DNA of 8,156 nt from Azolla caroliniana (Eukaryota; Plantae; Polypodiophyta). The DNA lies in contig JBHGNT010001458.1 in NCBI GenBank assembly GCA_043228905.1, positions 1 to 8,156 of the forward strand. The letters run 5' to 3'. The notes under the pieces were generated by a model, which ran no database searches, was not told the origin of the DNA, and saw only the letters and a program-made list of their open reading frames with translations. The stretch's first letter is position 1. Every line of letters begins with the position of its first letter. Positions 1 through 6,469 of this stretch are shown piece after piece. The position numbers and the translations under genes were made by a program.

Positions 1-490
1 TAACGGTGTTTGTGGAAGAGACCCGCGCTAGTGTTTGTGGAAAGCTGATGCAGCAGTTGCACTAATCCACCATCGGATTGTGTGTTTCCAAACAAGAGAG
101 CCCTAAAACAATCGGATGTTGAGGAGTTGCAATGAGATAGAATGTTAATACCTCATGGTGGAGCCCAAATTGAAGTACCAATGGGATAGTGGCTTCAGTA
201 ACTACCCCTGAAGAGAGGACCCGTCCGTCGATAGCTTCAACAGATATGGGATGCGTTGTGTGGACAGTGGGGATTTTATGTGCTCAGACGAACGCAATAT
301 TGATGAAACAAGTGGATGCACTAGAATCGAGCAAGGCATGGGATTTTATTGAAATATACCCAAAACTAAGACTTACTTGCAACGTAAAACCTCTTGCTCG
401 TGTGACTGAATTGTAGGAGCACAGAGAAGTAGGGTGACGGGATGTGTCCAACGACATGGCTCCTACTGCAGCCAGACTTGCTTGTTTTCC
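1..490 (-). pseudogene. pol: pol N-terminus of element A: retropepsin-like aspartic protease, disrupted
   Basis: The -1 frame from GGAAAAC (490-484) reads GKQASLAAVGAMSLD...IKSHALLDSSASTCFINIAFV*AHKIP...VEAIDGRVLSSGVVTEATIPLVL...HPIVLGLSCLETHNPMVD*. The catalytic LDSGA motif is mutated to LDSSA (Asp codon 328-326). There are two in-frame stops. Confidence 0.9.
428..490 (-). promoter_or_regulatory. Putative -1 ribosomal frameshift signal (G_GAA_AAC plus H-type pseudoknot), element A
   Basis: Heptamer 490-484 in the gag frame; 6-nt spacer; stem 1 GTCTGGC (477-471)/GTTGGAC (452-446) with three G-U pairs; stem 2 AGTAGG (467-462)/CCTACT (433-428). The -1 frame is open into the protease motif. Confidence 0.7.
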
Positions 491-1543
491 TGTTGTCCAA
501 AAACCTTCGCAAGACGTGCACGATCGTTTTCTTGTTGTCGAGAAACCTCGACAAGATGTGCACGGTGGGATTCATGACGAGGGCTGCGCATCGGGCAGTG
601 GTGGATGACATGGTGGGGGGCACCACAATAGAGGTAGAGGCCATTGTCACATCAATGTTGCCGTTGGTCATCGGTTAATGGTTGGAACCGAGCATGGTCG
701 TCTCCATTGGGGTACAAGAGTTGACCTCCATCGGGGTAAGAGTATCATTGGAAGACGGCAACCGTGGCGTGCTTGGTGAAACTGATATATATGGCCTTGT
801 GAGTGGAGCATTGCGGAAGGAAGAAGGAAAGCCACGAGTCCCCCGTTCCTCTTGTCGAAGCTCAAAAAGACGATTATCACATTGAACGGCTTGGGAGATT
901 ACCTGGGACAATGATGTGGGCTCCGGAAAGTTTAAGAGAAGAGTCTTGACATCATTTTTGAGTCCTCGACGAAACTGGTCGCATAAAGCTTGGTCATCCT
1001 ACCTGACATCGCACGCGATCTGACGAAACTTTGAAGCATAGACGGAAGCTGGACGAGATCCTTGTTGTAAGGAATAAAGTTTCATGAGAGCCGTTCATTG
1101 CCGATGTGTCTCTCCGAATGTGGCTTCAAGCTCCGCAAGGAAGGCAGGAAAGTTCTCTAAGAGTGGGGATGATGTTTCCATCAATGGTGCAAACCACGCT
1201 TGTGCCGGCCCTGAGAGAAGGGTGCCAACGAGGCTGACCCGAGAGAAATCACTAGCATAACATTGGGGTTGTAAGCGGATGATAAGCCGAATTTGATTGA
1301 TAAAGCCACGAAGATGTGCCCTTGAGCGTTGAATTTGTCAGGTAGGTGGACATTAGGTTCGAGGACATATGAAAGGGAAGAGGAAGGGGTTGGGTTAGGT
1401 GCTAACGGAAGGTGAGGCTCAATGGGTGGAGGATTGTTGGTTGTGCTATTTTGAAGCTCTTGTAATGATTGACGAAGGATTTCATTTTCTAATTGAAGTT
1501 GTTCCAAGGCTGCCATTACTTGGCTTAAGGCTTAGTCGGACAT
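463..1543 (-). pseudogene. gag: gag of element A (capsid plus CCHC zinc knuckle), disrupted
   Basis: Reconstructed translation: MSD*ALSQVMAALEQLQLENEILRQ...LPDKFN/SRAHLRGFINQIRLIIRLQPQCYASDFSRVSLVGTLLSGPAQAWFAPLME...LQQGSRPASVYASKFRQIA...QFRRGLKNDVK...QAVQCDNRLFE...TPME/DHARFQPLTDDQRQH*CDNGLYLYCGAPHHVIHHCP...QENKQVWLQ*. Apparent 1-nt deletions near 1327 and 701. Knuckle at 636-595 has its first Cys changed to Tyr. Confidence 0.92.
481..564 (-). repeat. Imperfect in-frame 42-bp tandem duplication at the gag 3' end
   Basis: Copies at 564-523 and 522-481 encode RAHLVEVSRQQEND and RARLAKVFGQQENK. Confidence 0.85.
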
Positions 1544-1557
1544 GGTAACAAGAAGAG

Positions 1558-1570
1558 AAGGTGAATAAAC
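1558..1570 (-). promoter_or_regulatory. Self-priming type primer-binding site of element A
   Basis: GTTTATTCACCTT follows the LTR end directly, with no TGG tRNA PBS. TTATTCACCTT is complementary at 10 of 11 positions to AAGGTGAACAA (1748-1738, minus), which begins 32 nt after the first base of the TATA box. Confidence 0.7.
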
Positions 1571-1772
1571 TGTCACGGACCAGTAGACAAGGACAAGGAC
1601 AAGTAGGCGAGCTAAATATTAAGACAGAGCGAAAGATAGATATATAGATAGGGAGAGAGTATAGACAAGAGAACAAGAGAGATAGAGGGAGAAGGTAGAC
1701 AAAGAGCAAGAACTAGATTATGCTTTCGTAATTGGTGTTGTTCACCTTGATTGTAATCAAGGTGCACTGAAG

Positions 1773-1780
1773 TATTTATA
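1773..1780 (-). promoter_or_regulatory. TATA box of LTR A
   Basis: TATAAATA on the minus strand, mid-LTR, at a normal distance from the inferred transcription start (~1748). Confidence 0.7.
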
Positions 1781-1810
1781 CAAGAATGTGGTGGTATGCA
1801 TGTAAGCTAG

Positions 1811-1886
1811 GAAACATCTACAGAATTCATGGAAACTTCTAGAGAGTGCATGAAGGTGCATTCTCTAGAAATTTCTTGAAAGTTCT
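1811..1886. promoter_or_regulatory. Heat-shock element cluster in U3 of LTR A
   Basis: aGAAatTTCttGAAagTTCt (1867-1886) is four perfect alternating nGAAn units. Also GAAacTTCtaGAG (1832-1844) and a degenerate run at 1811-1828. Confidence 0.65.
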
Positions 1887-1942
1887 AGTGATTAACTTAC
1901 AATGTAATAATTTGAAACTTATACAATATAATAATGCATAGA

Positions 1943-2013
1943 TTGAATGTAGCTCAATTGCTAAGGTTGCCCAATAAGACCAAGAGGTCATGGGTTCAAC
2001 CCCGTACATTCCA
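1943..2013 (+). other. tRNA-like Pol III type-2 promoter module inside LTR A, antisense to the element
   Basis: A box TAGCTCAATTGC (1950-1961); variable-loop-like AGGTC; B box GGTTCAACCCC (1993-2003); acceptor-like stem TTGAATG/CATTCCA (6/7 paired). The anticodon arm is not canonical. Confidence 0.65.
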
Positions 2014-2027
2014 TCGTGTCTATGACA

Positions 2028-3013
2028 CATTGAGGGAAAGATGACTATGGATGAGTCGATGGTGACCGATGGTGTCGAGGTTCTCCTGACAATTGTTCGT
2101 GAGACCAGAGAGACGGAAGGTGACGACAAGAAATCAAAGGACCGAAACGGCGATGAGGACGATGAACACAGACTAAGGGATCCCTCCACACCGGTTCCGG
2201 AGACTTCAACAATTGTGCACGAGAGCCAACATAAGACCAGAGAGATGGAAGGTGGCAGTGAAGAGATGAGGGTCAAAGCCATCGCATACGGAGGAACGGT
2301 GGCCAACAAGGAGGTCAAGAATAAAGCTTCAATAGAGTTTGATGATGAGCCAAGGAGCGGCAAGAAAGGAAGAACCGGAAGACAATCTGGATAGAAGATG
2401 TCGTGGTTGGTATTCCGACCTGGATGGGAGCTGATCAACCGAGCCCGACCCAACCGAAATGTGGATGGACGCCAACCCGGAGGGAAGCCAATCGTCTCCA
2501 ATTCATCTGAATGCGAATCCGGAAGAAGACCGACCAAGCCCGAAGCTGATTGGTCGAGACCAGTCTAGACACAAGTTGAGTCGGCGAAGCCGGAGGTCGA
2601 AGTAGAGGAGCTGTGACACCCAGTCGAGGCTGCTAAGCATGAGGAAACACAAGCATGAGATGAGAAAGGACGATCAGAGGAAGTTTGATGACCAAGGAGA
2701 TGGTTGGGATGAAGGTGACACATGTAGGGTTACGCTTAGGTGGAGAAAAAGGGCTATGCCAAATGGTCATGGCAATGCGAAGGGCGAGCGAATGATATAG
2801 TTGATCGGGTGGTGACAATGGTTTGGGTGGAAGGAATGCATGTGCTCAAAATGGAGGACAAAGGTTGTCGCAGGCGAAGCGTAAGAAAGAAAGAAATCAA
2901 AGGCCAACCATCTTTGAGTCCACCACATCACTCTTTTCTTCTTGGCACATGCTGGAGGATGTGCGGTTTGGTGGGGGTGGACATCATGATGTTGCGCATC
3001 CAATGGGAGAAAT
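2028..3013 (+). other. Purine-rich spacer with a decayed low-complexity reading frame; possibly the 3' internal region of an older LTR retrotransposon into which A and B inserted
   Basis: The frame of ORF 2041-2394 (E/D/K/R-rich) continues through isolated stops to ~2680. Near the end, GGTGGGGGTGGA (2970-2981) is followed by TGATG (2987), resembling a PPT and LTR start. No domain recognised. Confidence 0.3.
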
Positions 3014-3091
3014 TGTGAAATACTATAGTTCCATGCATATTACACAAACAATTATAAATATGAAAATTAACCTAGGGCCTAGTGGCATTTG

Positions 3092-3163
3092 AGTGCAAGC
3101 AAGATTTGAACCTTGCACCTCCAAGATAGGAGACATTTATCTTACCATTAGGGCTACTACCAA
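3092..3163 (-). other. tRNA-like Pol III type-2 promoter module inside LTR B, antisense to the element
   Basis: Minus strand: A box TAGCCCTAATGG (3156-3145); hairpin AAGATA-9nt-TATCTT; AGGTG; B box GGTTCAAATC (3112-3103) within stem GCAAG/CTTGC; TTTT downstream at 3066-3063. Acceptor stem is weak. Confidence 0.6.
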
Positions 3164-3237
3164 GTACTTTAAATGTTTTCTATTTCTTTTCATATTCAAA
3201 AGGCATAGGAAAACAACCGTACAAACCCGTGTGCCCA

Positions 3238-3265
3238 AAAACCATGGGTCCAAGCCCATGGTTTT
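3238..3265. repeat. Perfect 11-bp inverted repeat in U3 of LTR B
   Basis: AAAACCATGGG-TCCAAG-CCCATGGTTTT. Confidence 0.9.
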
Positions 3266-3291
3266 GTGCATGTTAGAAGCATGGATAGACC

Positions 3292-3298
3292 TATAAAA
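3292..3298 (+). promoter_or_regulatory. TATA box of LTR B
   Basis: cTATAAAA in the LTR, followed ~27 nt later by AAGGGGGGG. Confidence 0.65.
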
Positions 3299-3340
3299 AC
3301 CCTCGTAAGGCTTGTGTAAAGGGGGGGCTCAATATGTGAT

Positions 3341-3408
3341 ATTATCATCATCATTATCACCATCAATATAATAATCTTCTTCTTATTATTCTTGTTTATC
3401 TTCTTCTC
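3341..3408 (+). repeat. Degenerate (ATC/ATT/TTC)n low-complexity tract in R/U5 of LTR B
   Basis: attatcatcatcattatcaccatc...tcttcttcttattattcttgtttatcttcttctc. Confidence 0.7.
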
Positions 3409-3511
3409 GAGTGTAAAATTTTCCGATCTTCTCAAGTGTAGTGCTCATTGTTTCCCCAAATCTTACATTCACATCGTCCTCTTCTCAATAACTCCCTGGT
3501 ACAAGACCCCA

Positions 3512-4435
3512 ATGGTCCCGTTCAAGCGAAGCACGCACGTATGCACATCTTCGCGACAACGCGCTCACAATTCAGAGGATTATTTAATCAGGTACACTTA
3601 GTCATTCAAATGCATCCTTCCCGATACCCCATTGATGCATCCCGAGTAGGCCTACTAGGCACGTTGCTTAGCGGCTCAGCCTTGGCATGGTTCGCTCCGC
3701 TTTTGGAAAAACAATCTCCCTTGCTTAATAACTTTGAAGACTTTATTAGTGAGTTTAAAGCCAACTTTGGAGATACCGACAACATCAGGACGTCGATCAA
3801 CAAAATCTGACGATTGCGTCAAGGCGATCGTCTAGGCTCTGCCTACGCGGCGGATTTCCGTCTACTCGCCTCAGATATCCCCTGGGATGACGAAATACTA
3901 ATGGAGCAATTCCGCTATGGCCTATGAAACGATATCAAAGATTTACTTTTTAACCTTTCCTGAAGAACCAAAATCTCTTCCAGAGGCAATCACTCAAGCG
4001 GTCCGATGCGACAACCACCTTTTGGAGCGACGTTCGAAACGTCAATTTCAATTGCCATGGACTAGGCCAGAGCCCACATAAGCCTCAGTCGCAGCTAAAC
4101 CGGTTGCACGAGATGTATCTCAAGCGAATACTCCGACGCCGATGGAGATCGACATCATGCATCCACGTGGCCCGTTATCGGAAGAAGAAAAACAACGACA
4201 ACGTGCAAATTGATTGTGTCTTTATTGCGGTGGACCAGGAGGGCATATCACCATCAAATGTCCCCATAGGCCAAGAAGACAGGTAAATCAAATCGTAACT
4301 TGTACTAAACCCGAGTCAACTCCCTTAGGAGTGTCTGATAGTATCAATAGTATTGATAGCCCAAGTATCTCAAACAAATTCGAAATCCTTAGTCAATTAG
4401 AGGAAGAGTTAAACAACTAAGTCCAGCCAAAATAG
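3512..4435 (+). pseudogene. gag: gag of element B, disrupted; N-terminal part apparently deleted
   Basis: TRSQFRGLFNQVHLVIQMHPSRYP...FGDTDNIRTSINKI*RLRQGDRLGSAYAADFRLLASDIPWDDEILMEQFRYGL*NDIKDLL/FPEEPKSLPEAITQAVRCDNHL...PTPMEID...GPLSEEEKQRQRAN*LCLYCGGPGGHITIKCP. Stops include 3808, 3925 and 4211; extra T in the run at 3947-3951; knuckle 4217-4261. The start position is uncertain. Confidence 0.9.
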
Positions 4436-4459
4436 GAGCCATTTAGTTGGACAATCCTA
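4408..4459 (+). promoter_or_regulatory. Putative -1 ribosomal frameshift signal (G_TTA_AAC plus H-type pseudoknot), element B
   Basis: Heptamer 4408-4414 in the gag frame; 6-nt spacer; stem 1 GTCCAGC (4421-4427)/GTTGGAC (4446-4452); stem 2 TAGGA (4433-4437)/TCCTA (4455-4459). The -1 frame is the protease frame. Confidence 0.72.
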
Positions 4460-4706
4460 GATCTACGCAACCCATTAGTGGTTCCATTCCCTATAAGCAA
4501 GTTAACAATGTGTTCTTAGCCCAAGCTATGATTAGTACTAAAAGCACCCTTCCAGTACATGTCTTAGCACTTTTAGATTCCGGAGCCAATTCCTGTTTCA
4601 TGGATCGGAAATTTGCCCAAGCTTCTTAGATATCCTTAAGAAAACTTCCTTGCCCCACATCTGTAGTAGTCATTGATGGTCGTCCCATTGCTTCTGGGAA
4701 TATCGT
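4408..4706 (+). pseudogene. pol: pol N-terminus of element B: aspartic protease, truncated
   Basis: VHVLALLDSGANSCFMDRKFAQAS*ISLRKLPCPTSVVVIDGRPIASGNIV, catalytic Asp at 4576-4578. TAG stops at 4444 and 4627. Recognisable homology ends at ~4706. Confidence 0.9.
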
Positions 4707-4734
4707 ATTACTAAGCCACAACCGAGTAATATTA

Positions 4735-6090
4735 CTCAGCTGGATGTGCTTCGTCTTGGTATGATACGCCGCGTTCTTCGCAAGGTGGATGGCACTTTGA
4801 TTGTCGCAATAGAGCCGATATTCCTCTTGCCAGATCCCTAGCTCTTCGATGAAGTCCTTCATCCATAGTATTTCCTTGTCGGCTTCCACAACCTCCATGT
4901 ACTCCGCCTCCGTGGTTGACAATGCAATAGTCTTCTGCAACCTCGATTGCCACGAAACAGCTCCCCCTGCATATGTCATAACATATCCCCATGTTGACCG
5001 GCCGGTATCTGCATCATCCGACATATCCGAATTGGGGAAACCGTCAAGTTGGGGTATACCAGAGCCGAATCGGAGACACATAGTTGAGGTGCCTTTCAAG
5101 TACCGGAGTATCCATTTTACCACATTCCAGTCCTCCTTACCGAGATTGCTCATGAACCGGCTCACCACTCGGACTGCGTATCCGATGTCCGGTCGGGTAC
5201 ACACCATTGCGTAAATTAAGCTCCCGACGGTAGAGGCATATGGTATCTTCATCATATCCACCTTCTTTGCCTTCGTCTTCGGGCTTTGCTTACCAGATAA
5301 CCTGTAGTTTGCCGGGAGTGTCGATCCAACTGGCTTCTCATCTGACATGTTGAACCGCTGAAGCACCTTTGTCACGTATTTCTCCTATGACAGCCACAAT
5401 TGCTTCTCTGACCGGTCCCGGATGATATGCATCCCTAGTATATGTCTTGCCGGACCCAAGTCTTTCATTGAGAAGGTCTGGTTCAGAGCCTTCTTCAGCA
5501 TCCGTATCTTGACTTGGTCTTGTCCGACGATCAACATGTCGTCCACGTATAGGAGGAGTATCAGGAAGTCTCCTCCTTCAAACTTCTTCACAAATATGCA
5601 GTGATCGGCCTGTGTCTTGTGGTACCCTTGATCGGTCATGAAGGAGTCGAACTTCCGGTACCATTGCCGGGGACCCTGTTTCAAACCGTAGAGGCTCTTC
5701 TTCAATCGGCAAACCAGGTGCTCCTTCCCTTTCTTCACAAATCCCTTTGGTTGCTGCATGTAGATCTCCTCTTGGAGGTTGCCATGGAGGAACGACGTCT
5801 TCACGTCTAACTGCTCTACCTCGAGGTGCATGCTTGCTGCTATGCTCAACACCGTTCGGATGGAAGTCATCTTTACTACCGGGGCAAATACCTCGTCGAA
5901 GTCAACGCCCTTCTTCTACTGGAACCCCTTCACCATAATCCTAGCTTTGTATCTCGAGGGGTTTCCGACATCTCCCAGTTTCAGCTTGTACACCCACTTA
6001 TTCCGGAGTGCCCGCTTTCCTTTTGGCAACTCCACCAGTTCATATGTGTGGTACTCATGTAGGGAATCCATCTTGTCTTGCATGGTAATT
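4735..6090 (-). pseudogene. pol: Copia reverse transcriptase and RNase H
   Basis: RT: ELVELPKGKRALRNKWVYKLK, RYKARIMVKGF, QLDVKTSFLHGNLQEEIYMQQPKGF, LKKSLYGLKQGPRQWY, LLLYVDDML (YVDD 5549-5538), CTRPDI. RNase H: RSTWGY, STTEAEY, YCDNQSAIHLAKN, YHTKTKHIQL. Boundaries approximate. Confidence 0.95.
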
Positions 6091-6469
6091 AACCACTTGC
6101 GGCTATGGGTGTCCTCCTTTGCTTCCTCGAAGCTTTCCGGCTCCCCCTCATCGGTTAGCAACACACGCTCTGCATTCGGAAATCTCCGGGGGGGCCTTCT
6201 CTCTCTGAGAGGATATCTTCGTCTTTGGCTTTCGGCGATTGGCTCCTCCATTTGTTCTTCATCCAAATCTGATTCAAGGTCTTGGCCGGTTCCGGTTTTA
6301 GCTTCCTCTTCTTCTTCTTCTGCCGGTTCGGTATCCTCACCATTACCGGCCGGTTCTTCGAGTGTCAACTGGCTCTTAGCCAGGTAGGTCCGAATCTCAT
6401 CGAACCGATCCTTACCGGTCGACTTGGGGTTCATTATCTTCTTCTCCAACTCCTAGTCAGCAAGGGTCT

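Larger units (their letters stand above)
1..2027 (-). mobile_element. Decayed Ty3/Gypsy LTR retrotransposon A (Tf1/sushi/Tcn1-like chromovirus group, PEG10/RTL1-like Gag); 5' portion, continues past the left edge
   Basis: Order on the minus strand is LTR (2027-1571), gag, -1 frameshift site, aspartic protease. Group assignment is inferred from Gag motifs and the self-priming site; RT, IN and chromodomain are outside the window. Confidence 0.92.
1571..2027 (-). repeat. 5' LTR of element A (457 bp)
   Basis: Minus strand begins TGTCATAGAC and ends GTCCGTGACA (TG..CA, terminal inverted repeat 8/10). Contains a TATA box and a pyrimidine-rich U5, and lies just upstream of gag. The partner LTR is not in the window. 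Confidence 0.82.
3014..3473 (+). repeat. 5' LTR of element B (460 bp)
   Basis: Begins TGTGAA and ends TTCACA (perfect 6-bp terminal inverted repeat). TATAAAA at 3292-3298, pyrimidine-rich 3' part, length close to LTR A, directly upstream of gag. Confidence 0.75.
3014..4706 (+). mobile_element. Decayed, 3'-truncated Ty3/Gypsy LTR retrotransposon B (same group as A, different family)
   Basis: LTR, gag, frameshift site and partial protease. Gag aligns with A by eye: SRVGLLGTLLSGSALAWFAPLLE versus SRVSLVGTLLSGPAQAWFAPLME. Confidence 0.92.

Noticed and set aside
6-42. 12-bp direct repeat GTGTTTGTGGAA (6-17 and 31-42)
   Set aside because: Only two short copies in the post-protease linker at the window edge; not an array and no function can be supported.
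463-465. Stop-codon readthrough at CAG TAG GAG, as in gammaretroviruses
   Set aside because: The protease is in the -1 frame relative to gag in both A and B, so in-frame readthrough would not reach it.
1586-1712. (GACAAG)3 and AG-rich tract as a separate satellite or CRISPR-like array
   Set aside because: Ordinary low-complexity U5 sequence with no repeat-spacer structure.
1943-2013. Functional tRNA gene (also considered for 3092-3163)
   Set aside because: No 5-bp stem with 7-nt anticodon loop, the T-stem is off register and no anticodon can be assigned. Reported as tRNA-like only.
1839-2537. 232-aa minus-strand ORF as a real gene
   Set aside because: It is a Ser/Leu-rich mirror of a purine-rich strand, crosses the LTR boundary at 2027 and has no recognisable domain.
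1571-3473. The two LTRs as the paired ends of one element (TRIM/LARD) or as terminal inverted repeats of a DNA transposon
   Set aside because: They show no extended direct or inverted identity, face in opposite directions, and each leads into its own gag.
3448-4420. Domesticated PEG10/RTL1-like host gene
   Set aside because: Multiple stops, a frameshift and an adjacent LTR indicate a dead transposon. The similarity reflects shared Gypsy ancestry.
4626-5375. 249-aa ORF as a novel RNase H fusion protein
   Set aside because: The C-terminal ~35 aa are chance read-through into filler and antisense Gypsy protease, and the N-terminus is set by a premature stop.
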